Of a stretch of 64,000 nucleotides of DNA, positions 54,801 through 64,000 are shown one piece after another. Source of the DNA: Mytilus edulis (Eukaryota); the NCBI RefSeq assembly GCF_963676685.1, contig NC_092355.1, forward strand, positions 1,054,001 to 1,118,000, written 5' to 3'. The first letter of the stretch is position 1. Each line of letters starts with the position of its first letter. A program made the translations under genes and the position numbers. The notes beneath the pieces are model-generated. The model was given only the letters and a program-made list of their open reading frames with translations, did no database searches and had not been told where the DNA came from.

Positions 54801-56107
54801 TTGTTCGCTGCATCATCATATAAAGAACGTAAATGTGTAGGTACGACTCCACTTTTCCCTCCGTCAGTTGTTCCTTTATTTGCTAGACTTCTTATTATTC
54901 CCTCATTTGTCTGCCATGTGACAGGTTTGGAACCTGTTAATTTTATTCGTCGGACAGAGTTGAAGTTCTGTGACTCCTCACTGTCTTCCTGTGAAAATAG
55001 CGTAATTGGATCAGTATTTAATTTTTCTGCAATTCCAATAACTGCATCTTGATTCAGCTTTACCTCTTGATCAAAAGGATTCATGAGTCTGACCTTATTA
55101 GTCACTTCTTCTCCAATTTCAACAAGACAGGCGGCCATTACTAATGGATAGGTATCTTCAAATTGTGGGCAAGGTTCTATTAAGTAGTCTTGTGGACAGT
55201 TGTGTAAATCTTTGTCGAAACGGTCAACAAAAACATCAATAAGTATCTCACTTCTTGGCTGTATGACATAATGATCAGCTGATCTAACTTTTCTTATTGG
55301 TTCCGTCTGTCCAACTTGGATACATGGGATAGTGGTACTATTAAGCAAGATAACTCCTTCTGTTAATTTTATATCAGCTGGGCCTTGATCTCCTTTCATT
55401 AGGATATCTAAACCTAAGAGAGCTTCATCTTCTATCTCAGCAACTATGAGTTCCTTTTCTAAGGCCAACTCACCCAGTGTCAAGTTAAAAACAGCTTTTC
55501 CTAACTCTTTCAATGGTTGTCCGTCAGCACTAGCCAAAGAACTAGATTTTTGAAGTTTTGGTCTTTTTGATGAAAGTATTTTTCTGAATGTTTTAGTCGA
55601 AATAACAGTTCGTGTAGCTCCAGTATCAGCAGTAAATGTAACATCAATTCCTTCAATACTTCCTTGGATATATACTCCTTCACATCTCAAAACTTGTCTT
55701 CCAATAATATGAGTTTCAACTGGTGGAAATCTTTGAACATCATCTAGGCCTTCAGACGATTTCATCGATACTTCCGCAGTACAAGTGCCAGCAGGACTAT
55801 CACCTCTATGCAAGGGTGAATACTCAACCTCCTGTTCACTCTTGTGACTCAGTGGAGGACTATCACCTCTAATCAAGGGTGAATGCTCAACCTCCTCATT
55901 TATTCTTACTGGTTTCAAAACATGACAACTATCAATATCAATTTTATCTAGACCCCCCTTTTTTGTACTTAAACTTTTATTCTCAGAAATTAAACTGCTA
56001 TTTTGACCTTTAACATCATTCAAATTTTGACCTTTAACATCATTCAAATTTTGACCTTTAACATCTAAAACTGTATGGGTCACCTCCCGGTCATCAGAGA
56101 TGCCCAC
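51824..56107 (-). CDS. pol: Pol polyprotein: aspartic protease, reverse transcriptase, RNase H, integrase; reached by -1 frameshift
   Basis: ADTGA (PR), YLDD (RT), DTDAC..KELLAV..TDH (RH), H-H-C-C and D,D,E (DLLGP/SDQG/VER) integrase, GPY/F-like LFLGPC. Uninterrupted 1427-codon frame; no chromodomain. Confidence 0.97.
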   Translation of the reverse strand: MGISDDREVTHTVLDVKGQNLNDVKGQNLNDVKGQNSSLISENKSLSTKKGGLDKIDIDSCHVLKPVRINEEVEHSPLIRGDSPPLSHKSEQEVEYSPLHRGDSPAGTCTAEVSMKSSEGLDDVQRFPPVETHIIGRQVLRCEGVYIQGSIEGIDVTFTADTGATRTVISTKTFRKILSSKRPKLQKSSSLASADGQPLKELGKAVFNLTLGELALEKELIVAEIEDEALLGLDILMKGDQGPADIKLTEGVILLNSTTIPCIQVGQTEPIRKVRSADHYVIQPRSEILIDVFVDRFDKDLHNCPQDYLIEPCPQFEDTYPLVMAACLVEIGEEVTNKVRLMNPFDQEVKLNQDAVIGIAEKLNTDPITLFSQEDSEESQNFNSVRRIKLTGSKPVTWQTNEGIIRSLANKGTTDGGKSGVVPTHLRSLYDDAANNRPEDEQEAIVSLLQKYSAAFSVNDTDLGLTHLVEHTIDTGEAKPVKQPPRRVPLAFANDERKAITQMLDQGIIQKSNSPWGSPLQLVVKKNGKIRPCCDYRFLNALTRLDSFPIPRIQDCLDAVGGATLMSTFDLTSGYHQIPMKKDDISKTAFVTKYGLYEFKTMPFGVCNGPATCQRLMELVLHGLQWQICLIYLDDIIVFSNGFEEHMSRLDTVLNRILESGLKLKPEKCELLKSEVTFLGHVVSDEGIRPNPDNTAKILSWPVPTTVTEVRQLLGMGSYYRRFIKDLSAMVKPLTDLTKKSKSFEWTKECQIAFEKLKQAFTSTDIMAFPRDEGEYYLDTDACDTAIGAVLSQIQDGTLKVIAYGSRTLNKAERNYCITDKELLAVRYFIEYYRQYLLGRKFCVRTDHQALIWLFSMKEPKGRIARWLEILSNFDFSIEYRPGSKHGNADALSRCYNPKDCECADVDNLEYLKCGPCKKCRNRAIEMQSTRLLSPEIHEENIEDPTKNKDGGEPIQICAVKTRQQTSDDNIWTTWSNGHSKEELLKLQEDDSDIGPLLQWKEGDTRPNSKELEKYSAATRHYWHLWESVVKKDGLLFKQYSRRDGSGDYRQFLVPDKMKKEVLNNMHNSILSGHLGKNKTKEKLGQRYYWYEMKEDIQIWISQCDICGANKPPQKLLRAPLGKMPVGGPLDRLATDLLGPLPLTPRNNRYILTVTDYFTKWVEVFPVPDQTATTCANIILNDVICRFGFPLAIHSDQGRNYESDIFQELCSILDIRKTRTSPRNPKCNGQVERFNRTLVSMIKSYLRGEQTNWDLNLGCLASAYRACPHDTTSLTPNVMMLGREIRFPYELTREGTEFVSETEQGTWGNHALKVRERLQKAHQVARKHLEVNLRKRKDHYDVKANLVQYQKFDKVWYLNETRREGSCFKLQPLFLGPCLIVNRYNDLNYQIQIDAKGTKKVVNHNKLKPYKGTSTQKWIKQVETQNK

Positions 56108-56119
56108 CCTTAGTTTAAT
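56076..56119 (-). promoter_or_regulatory. Putative -1 ribosomal frameshift signal
   Basis: A-UUA-AAC directly before the gag UAA, a 6-nt spacer, then hairpin UGGG-CAUCUC...GAGGUG-A-CCCA. pol is in the -1 frame with ~11 codons of overlap. Confidence 0.7.
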
Positions 56120-57819
56120 GGAAAGCCTGGTGGTGGTACCCCCATATTAGGGTTGGGACCAAGGTTACCGTTATTTTGTCCCCATTGTGGTTTAAAGTTA
56201 TTGTTTTTTGAAGGAAATCTGTCTGCAACTCTATCTGGATTTGCGAAACAATTTCTCGCAAAATGTCCCGGTTGTCCACAGTAATAGCATAATCCATTCT
56301 GTCTTGGACCCTTATGTTGGCCATCATTGGATTGAAATGGAGTCTGACTGGTTCCTGGTCTACCATATGTCTTATGCTGTAATTCTTGCTTTTTGTCTTC
56401 AAACATCTTGTTAAATAAAGATTGCAAATCCCCTTCTTTAATAGTTAGACTTTTATTTTTGTCTTCAATCTGGCTTTCAACAGACGTTTTCTCCGCTCCC
56501 TGGTAATTGTCGGACTTTTTGTCATTATCCTTTCTAGTAATGTTTTCATTCTTTTGTCCTCCTTTCACTTGTCGTACTGCCTTCTTATTATTTTCTTCTC
56601 CTTGATTCGGATTTTTCATGGTCTCTACGTATGTAATGACTTCTTGTACTGCTTCTTCTATGGTTTCAGGATCTTTGTTTAATTCTATATGAATACGGGC
56701 CTTATAATCTATGAGTCCCAAGAGAAATCTCTGTAGTAGATCTTCTTGGCGTGTACTTGCATATCTGTTTTTGTAGGCTTTGTCATATAGCCTTTTTAAC
56801 TCTGCTGCAAATTTTTCTGGTGTCTCTCCGTTTAACTGTTTTCTTCTACTAAATTGAAGCCGGTATGTTCTGGTGGTCTCTATGACTCCAAATCTATTTT
56901 TTAGATCTTGTACCAACTTTTTGTAGTTCCTGATAGTCTTCTTTGGCAATTGATCAAACGTGAAGTCTCCAGCGTCTCCTTGTAACCTGGGTAACAACTC
57001 TTGAAGTCTATCTTCCTCATTCCAAGATTTAAGTTTTGCAACTGCTTCGAATCGATTGAACCAGACCTCCCACTTCTCTTGACCAGTAAAAGATGGAAGC
57101 TTGACATTATGTGAACTTGACTTCTGTTTTGACTGTGTTATTCTATTGGTAGATACACTACAATCAGAATCCACAGGTTCATGGCAATCTTCCTCTGAGC
57201 TGGAATCACTGGAGTAACTACTCTGTATGCTTGACTTTCTAGTTGTCTTACATGTTGAGGTACTTTTTACATGTCTTGGTTTTCTCCTATGTGGTGGTTC
57301 TGTATTTGATTTGATAGTATCTGTACTGGATGGTTGAGCGATAACATTGCTACTAAAAGCAGCTTGTATCGCAAAAATAACCTGGGTAGTCATATCTTGT
57401 ATGGCATTCTTAAGTGTACCATAAATGCCGGTATGTTCATTGGGTGACAGAGGACGTGTCTCCTGCACCAAATTTTCTTTCTGAGGACGTGTCTCTTGCA
57501 CCAAATTTTCTTTCTGTAATTTATTACTCTTTTGTCTCTTGTTGTATAACCTCGAACTTCGTCGTAAATCTAAAGTCTGAAAATTCTTTTGTATCCCACT
57601 AGTACTTGGTGTACTCTGTGGTAAATTCCTGGTGTTTGTAACCATAGTCTGTTCAGCTTGCTCGATTTCTGAGTCGGACAGATCGGTATAGCCAGTAGCC
57701 TCTGTCTCTGTAGTATCATTCTGTCCGGTCTGATAATCATCAGTGTCGTCTGTAATGATTTCTCTTCCACTTTCATCTCCACTACCTACTGGTGGTATAT
57801 GTGTTCTTTTTTTCACCAT
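56110..57819 (-). CDS. gag: Gag polyprotein (569 aa from first ATG), capsid-like domain plus CCHC zinc knuckle
   Basis: Motifs VKLPSFTGQEKWEVWFNRFE and CYYCGQPGHFARNC. First ATG at 57819; the ORF track starts at an upstream GTG. Confidence 0.93.
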   Translation of the reverse strand: MVKKRTHIPPVGSGDESGREIITDDTDDYQTGQNDTTETEATGYTDLSDSEIEQAEQTMVTNTRNLPQSTPSTSGIQKNFQTLDLRRSSRLYNKRQKSNKLQKENLVQETRPQKENLVQETRPLSPNEHTGIYGTLKNAIQDMTTQVIFAIQAAFSSNVIAQPSSTDTIKSNTEPPHRRKPRHVKSTSTCKTTRKSSIQSSYSSDSSSEEDCHEPVDSDCSVSTNRITQSKQKSSSHNVKLPSFTGQEKWEVWFNRFEAVAKLKSWNEEDRLQELLPRLQGDAGDFTFDQLPKKTIRNYKKLVQDLKNRFGVIETTRTYRLQFSRRKQLNGETPEKFAAELKRLYDKAYKNRYASTRQEDLLQRFLLGLIDYKARIHIELNKDPETIEEAVQEVITYVETMKNPNQGEENNKKAVRQVKGGQKNENITRKDNDKKSDNYQGAEKTSVESQIEDKNKSLTIKEGDLQSLFNKMFEDKKQELQHKTYGRPGTSQTPFQSNDGQHKGPRQNGLCYYCGQPGHFARNCFANPDRVADRFPSKNNNFKPQWGQNNGNLGPNPNMGVPPPGFPLN

Positions 57820-57883
57820 TACTGCTACTGCTCGTACTACCACTTAAAGGGTACGTATCACTAGATCCACTCAATAAATGAAT

Positions 57884-57903
57884 GAATCCCACCGAGGATG
57901 CCA
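57884..57903 (-). other. Primer binding site (TGGCATCCTCGGTGGGATTC), tRNA-Leu-like and imperfect
   Basis: TGG-initiated motif 7 nt downstream of the LTR end. CGGTGGGATTC is complementary to the 3' region of tRNA-Leu(AAG/UAG) as I recall it. Confidence 0.7.
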
Positions 57904-57910
57904 GAAAATA

Positions 57911-60478
57911 TGTAGCGGGTCAATTGGCGAAAAGGGCAGAAACACATACACCGAAAACTTTGGATATAAAATCCCGAAGTATTAAACTAAAACCTCTGGC
58001 AACACCCTTACAATGAACTGAAAGAAGGGGTTCTTGATACTGACAGCAAACAATTCATATTTAAAGTTGCAAATACTTTATTTCTGACAAAAGTATATAT
58101 ATATAGCATAACAATAACATAACAGTGGCATATATTTGAGATCACAATTTTAGTCAAGCTCAAGACCAATAAGAAAAACAACTTGCAAATTTATCAATAA
58201 TAAGTACACCTTTAAGTGAATTTCCAGACAACTATTGCCTAGGGTATCTTTTCAAAGGTTGATCAAAAATACTAAAACTACTCATAAAGAGTATAACTAC
58301 TGTAACATTAACTGCTATGATGTTCTCTCGTTTGTTGAGAATAAGAGCAGATATGGACAAAAATATTATATGTACTCATGTATCCAAGTACATCTGACCT
58401 CACAGAACAAAATAATGGGTATTTATGTATTAAAAGTACATCTGACCTCACAGAACAAAATAATGGGTATTTATGTATTAAAAGTACATCTGACCTCACA
58501 GAACAAAATAATGGGTATTTATGTATTAAAAGTACATCTGACCTCACGCTAATTATACTGGGACATAAATCATGAAAATGAATATTATAATTGTAAGAAC
58601 TAGAATTTTGCTTAAACAGTGTAATTGCTTCCACAGGCTAACACTATAGTCTAGATTTCCAAACTTGGTTATTACAAAGTTTACTTATGGGCAATTATGC
58701 GACTTATTGAAAGCTTTTAATGATGGCAAGAATTTAGTAGAGACTTTGTATTAGCTTCCTTTTACTAAAAACGTAAGTCTCACAATTATGATAGAGTTTA
58801 GCAAAGACTTTGTATTAGCTTCCTTTTACTAAAAACGTAAGTCTCATGTTCCCCTGACCTTTATTCTTAACAGTGAACTTTAGTGAAGTTAAAATCAAGA
58901 ACTATAATTTTATTGCAATAATGTTTGTTGAGACATTGTTTTAGTATCCTTTGGCTAAAAACGATTGTCTCAAAAGTGACCAGAAGAAAATGACAAGATA
59001 TGGCAAGTAGTACAATCATCTATTTTACTAACAATGTTCCTTTAAAGTTTTGACTGACTATACATGTATAGATATTTGATTACAAAATGATGACTTGTAT
59101 TATTGTACAAAATGATTGGCTAACTGTTTTAGTCTTTTAACCAAAAATATGGAAGATTTGTACTAGTTTCCTTCACTAGTAATGTGTATTTCTATGTTTA
59201 TCTCATTGTCTGAAAACCCTATTAGAACCCTTAATTGTGCAAAAGACTTAAATTTACTGAATCACCCTTTATAAGTGACATGAAAATTCTATATAAGTAT
59301 TGTCAAAATTGTTCCGTTAAGTTACATGAAAACTTCAGACAGTGATTCGGCAAAAAGTATTATTAACGTACGAAATTTCTCATCAGAAAAATATGTATAC
59401 GTAAATTCTATGGTTTATGTATTGTAATTCAATTTAAACCATTATTATTAAACAATGACAAATTCTCATAATTTTCCTAGATTCCTCAAGTTTTCCGTGA
59501 AATTTTGGTAAAATATTTGCGTAAATCGTTTTTAAACAATTATGTGCACTTTAAAATGTTAAAAACTTTACAAAAAGTAAAGTAAATCTATTATTCTTAC
59601 TTTCAAAAGAATATCTCCTTATTATTTTATCAACGTCTTAGCCAGAATGACGTCAGACTCGCGTTTTGGGGTTTTGTACTTGTACTTAAAAATTGTGCAA
59701 GTTTTGTGCATTTTCCGTGCAGTTTCTGTGCGATTTTCTACCGCGCAACTGCAAGATTGGACAGTAAACCAATGGAAATCATTTGCGGCATTTCTCACTT
59801 CGGCCGTTATGAAATGTTTATATTTATTAAATAGATATACAAAAATCATTCTCAGCGACTTTATATTTGCTAAAATGTTTGTTCCGTAAATAGAATATAA
59901 TAATAAAATTTCTTTCGATTGAGCTAAAAATACTCGTGACCTTCCGTAATCGTTCGACCAATGAAAACGCTTCATTACCGTTAACTGAAGATGGCGCTGA
60001 AAGGAAGCCAGGTGCTTGTCTGTCAACGAATTTCGACAAGTTATGTAGTTAAACAAAATGTTCTGACATAAAACTTGTAATTCCCTATACCGAAATGACT
60101 TGAGGAAACTGTACAGATAAGTAAGTTCACATGACACAATCAAAAAATGTACATACGAGTAAAAACAACACTCGGTTCAATGAAAGTAAATAAATACGGG
60201 GATCGTCTCATAACAGTAAATAACAGATTCCATAGTAAACAGTAGATACAATATTCTATAATAAAATGACTGCATTATAACCTATTCTGCCAGTTATTAG
60301 TTATTTGAATCTGAATAAAAATTATAGAAATAATCCTGAAAAGGGAATGCACTGATTCTATCTTTGTCTCTGAATAAGTAGAGTGAACTTTAGAATTGAA
60401 CAGCATACAATTATACACATTTGAAGTTTTAAGAAAAGTAGTTATTATAAGTACAATTGATAAATGGTACCCGTCACA
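57911..60478 (-). repeat. Shared LTR: 5' LTR of copy 1 and 3' LTR of copy 2
   Basis: Flanked by the copy 1 PBS on one side and the copy 2 PPT on the other. I found only 3 substitutions versus 47100-49667 by eye. Confidence 0.95.
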
Positions 60479-60784
60479 TTACCCCCCTTTTAGAATTTGT
60501 GTCCCTACAAATTGGTTATGATAATCAATAAATAAAAGAATTTGAAAACCATAAGAACAATATGATATAATGGTACTAAATGTACACGTAAAGTTTTCTC
60601 CAATTTGAATTTCATAAAACAAAAAAATCAATTACTACCAGACTTTTTGTTTGAATTTAAAAACCAATTTTTCTATATTTACTCTATCCTAAATATATTC
60701 AATTAAATACCTAATTATATAAATAATCATTATTCATGTACAAACAAAATCACAAGAAAGAAAAATATATAACACAAATACAGT

Positions 60785-61870
60785 TCAGGTTCTTTTGGTA
60801 TATCTTGGCATGGGTGTAATACTCCTTCTTTGGGCTGGCCGGTAAGGAGAATATCTGTTCCTGTTGTAGTGACGGGCTGGAGAGGCATTCCTTTGTCTGT
60901 TCTCTGTGTTTTGACCTCGAACTACAGACCGTAGTCCGGTCACCTGACTAGTCAGTCGTACAATTTCCTTCTGCATGTTTTCCATGTTAGTTGTCATAGT
61001 ACTGGTAAAGTTTGTAAATTTTTTTGTTAGTTCCTCCAACAAAACCTTATGGGAGCATGTGCTTGAAGATGATGATGATGATGATGAAGAGGATGAAGAT
61101 TTTCTTTCAGAATTATTTGTTGGAACCATGTTCCATTCTTCAGCTGGATGTGTGTTTGTGGTGATGGTAGTAGTTGTCTGCTCGAACACAAACTCGTCTG
61201 GCTGTGACTGTTGCTCTTCCTCCAGCTCTTCCAGTTCTCTTTCGCGGGCTATGATTTTCCTTATAGGGGAGGAGAGTGGTGTACCCACTGGTTCAGGTCT
61301 TTCCTCCACCACTTCTGCTTCCTGCACTACATCTACCACTATTTCCTCCACCACTTCTGCTTCCTGCACTACATCTACCACGATTTCCTCCACCACTTCT
61401 GCTTGCTGAACAACGTCTACCACTTCTGCTTCCTGCACTACTTCAACCCGACATACTGCCTCAGCTGGTTGTACCACAGGAGTTGGACCAAATGTTGGAG
61501 TATATCCTCTGGTCCTTATCAACGATTCACCGCGGGTCATCTTCTCTAGGTCTAAACCTATTACGGATCGGTATGGTAAGGGACTCTTTTTGATATATGC
61601 TCGGTCTCCCTGGTACTGACCCCTATTGATCATCTCTTCCTTCTGTATCTGGTGGGGTCGGAAGTACTGGCCATGCTTTATCATCTCGCTTTCCTTGCCA
61701 CATCGGAAAAGGCATAAGGTGCAATAATATGGCACTACTTCTAAAGGCACATGTAGTTTCCAGATGTGGCCTTCAACACGGTGTTTTTGACCAATGTAAC
61801 CATCTTGGTCAATACATTTGAGGCAGCGATATAACCTTCGGATTTGTTTGTTGTTTAGATTGTCTGACAT
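60785..61870 (-). CDS. ORF3 of copy 2 (same translation as copy 1)
   Basis: Identical translation to 49974-51059, with the same splice acceptor upstream. Confidence 0.85.
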   Translation of the reverse strand: MSDNLNNKQIRRLYRCLKCIDQDGYIGQKHRVEGHIWKLHVPLEVVPYYCTLCLFRCGKESEMIKHGQYFRPHQIQKEEMINRGQYQGDRAYIKKSPLPYRSVIGLDLEKMTRGESLIRTRGYTPTFGPTPVVQPAEAVCRVEVVQEAEVVDVVQQAEVVEEIVVDVVQEAEVVEEIVVDVVQEAEVVEERPEPVGTPLSSPIRKIIARERELEELEEEQQSQPDEFVFEQTTTTITTNTHPAEEWNMVPTNNSERKSSSSSSSSSSSSSTCSHKVLLEELTKKFTNFTSTMTTNMENMQKEIVRLTSQVTGLRSVVRGQNTENRQRNASPARHYNRNRYSPYRPAQRRSITPMPRYTKRT

Positions 61871-62634
61871 TCTGCAATAAAAATAAAAATATAAAGTATG
61901 TTGCCAGTGGCATTGCACTTTATAAAGAGCTAGACCAAAACATATAAGGTTCCAACTTTGGTTCCTTCTGTTAAGGTTGAAGTTTTTCCTACATTGATAA
62001 TTTATTTATTTTATAAGTATGTTAAAATTCAGCATAGCACAGCATTATTTTTATTTGGTACCACACGACTTTACAAAATAAAACAAATTGTACTAAATCT
62101 TGCCACTTATTGTCATTTTTACCTAAATTCTTAATACACCCCATTTATGTTAAGGCCTGAGAGATTATTATATTAAACGCAGTTCCGTTTTGTGACAGCA
62201 ACTCAAAGACAGAAAACAAATTATTAAATGACAAATTAGGAAGTATCCTAGCGTTTATTTTATTTTTACAAAGGCTGGTATTAACACACTAATTCAAATA
62301 GTGTGTACATAACTATATACAAAGAAAAACTAAGTACCTAATGTTCCCAAATTATATTATTGGGAGACTATCCTTAACAAAAAAAACAACATCATTTAAT
62401 CCTACATTCAATTAAAACTAAAAGATTAACTTGAGTACAATCTTGAGCTTGACTATTCCTTATCACATTTAAATTTTATGTACAACTTTATCAGTTTATT
62501 TACATTTGGAAAGAAACATTTTGAAAACATACAAAATGTACACACATAAAAAGAAACAATCATGTAAAATACTTGATCAATACAAGTATAAACATATAAC
62601 TTATGTCGTACATGTACATGTATAGCATTTAATA

Positions 62635-64000
62635 TCATTTATTCTGAGTTTCAACTTGTTTAATCCATTTTTGGGTGCTAGTCCCTTTATATGGCTTTAG
62701 TTTGTTATGGTTGACCACTTTTTTGGTTCCTTTTGCATCTATCTGTATTTGATAATTTAGGTCATTGTATCTGTTTACTATCAGACATGGACCCAAAAAT
62801 AAAGGTTGTAACTTGAAACAACTTCCTTCTCTCCTTGTTTCGTTTAGGTACCACACTTTGTCAAACTTTTGGTATTGGACAAGGTTGGCTTTGACATCAT
62901 AGTGATCTTTTCTTTTTCTAAGGTTAACTTCCAAATGTTTTCTGGCTACTTGATGGGCTTTCTGTAATCTCTCTCGTACTTTAAGCGCATGGTTTCCCCA
63001 TGTTCCCTGTTCAGTTTCTGAAACAAATTCTGTTCCTTCTCTAGTTAGCTCATAGGGAAAACGAATTTCTCTGCCTAACATCATTACATTGGGAGTTAAA
63101 CTAGTCGTATCATGTGGACAAGCTCTATATGCACTCGCAAGGCATCCAAGATTAAGATCCCAGTTCGTCTGCTCTCCTCTCAAATAAGATTTTATCATAG
63201 AAACCAAAGTTCTGTTAAAACGTTCAACTTGACCATTGCACTTTGGATTACGGGGGCTTGTCCTTGTCTTGCGTATATCTAATATACTACACAATTCTTG
63301 GAAAATGTCGCTTTCGTAATTCCGACCTTGATCAGAATGTATGGCCAAAGGGAAACCAAAACGACAAATTACATCATTCAAGATAATATTAGCGCATGTT
63401 GTAGCTGTTTGGTCAGGAACTGGAAATACTTCAACCCATTTAGTAAAGTAATCCGTAACTGTTAAGATGTACCGATTATTCCTGGGAGTAAGCGGCAATG
63501 GCCCAAGGAGATCAGTTGCAAGTCTGTCGAGGGGCCCTCCAACTGGCATTTTTCCCAACGGAGCCCTCAATAATTTTTGAGGAGGTTTGTTGGCCCCACA
63601 AATGTCACATTGGCTTATCCAAATTTGTATGTCTTCTTTCATCTCGTACCAGTAATACCGTTGACCTAATTTTTCCTTTGTTTTGTTTTTGCCTAGATGT
63701 CCTCACAAAATGGAGTTGTGCATGTTATTTAGTACTTCCTTTTTCATCTTGTCTGGAACTAAGAATTGTCTGTAGTCTCCTGAACCATCTCTTCGGCTGT
63801 ACTGCTTAAACAGCAGACCATCTTTCTTAACAACTGATTCCCATAGGTGCCAGTAGTGTCTGGTAGCAGCACTGTATTTTTCTAATTCTTTTGAATTAGG
63901 TCGAGTGTCACCTTCCTTCCACTGTAAGAGAGGTCCGATATCTGAGTCATCTTCCTGTAGTTTTAATAATTCTTCTTTTGAGTGTCCATTACTCCATGTT
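62635..64000 (-). pseudogene. pol: pol 3' part of copy 2 (integrase) with in-frame TGA at 63703-63705
   Basis: TCA (Ser) at 52892-52894 in copy 1 is TGA here, between the two His residues of the HHCC motif. Confidence 0.85.

Larger units (their letters stand above)
47100..60478 (-). mobile_element. Full-length Ty3/gypsy LTR retrotransposon (LTR-gag-pol-ORF3-LTR), 13.4 kb
   Basis: Two near-identical 2,568-bp LTRs with TG...CA ends, a PBS and a PPT. gag has a CCHC knuckle; pol has PR-RT-RH-IN order (gypsy); there is an extra ORF. Confidence 0.97.
57911..64000 (-). mobile_element. Second tandem copy of the gypsy element (runs off the window)
   Basis: Repeats copy 1 at offset 10,811: LTR, PPT, ORF3 and the 3' part of pol. 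Confidence 0.95.

Overview
AT-rich eukaryotic genomic DNA, probably from a bivalve such as Mytilus (inferred from the repeat families only). No intact host gene is visible. Bases ~1-47,100 are a decayed tandem array of ~7-11 kb segmental duplications. Their + strand still translates, across many stops and frameshifts, into LRR, LRRCT and TIR-like motifs, suggesting a Toll-like receptor pseudogene array. Inserted into it are two Tc1 (DD34E) relics, TTAA- and TA-target MITEs, a CACTA-ended foldback element, a SINE, an L1/Tx1 fragment, minisatellites and two families of ~350-nt hammerhead-ribozyme retrozymes. Bases 47,100-64,000 hold a very young Ty3/gypsy LTR retrotransposon on the - strand, in a head-to-tail tandem that shares a 2,568-bp LTR (period 10,811 bp). 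Besides gag and a -1 frameshifted pol, it carries a third ORF in the env position. That ORF is preceded by a splice acceptor and encodes a 361-aa protein with two C2H2-like zinc fingers, acidic repeats, a coiled-coil-like segment and an Arg-rich tail, with no env features. The LTR has a TATA(-30)/Inr promoter with a splice donor at +49. The shared LTR has a mutated TATA box and the second copy has a nonsense codon in integrase.
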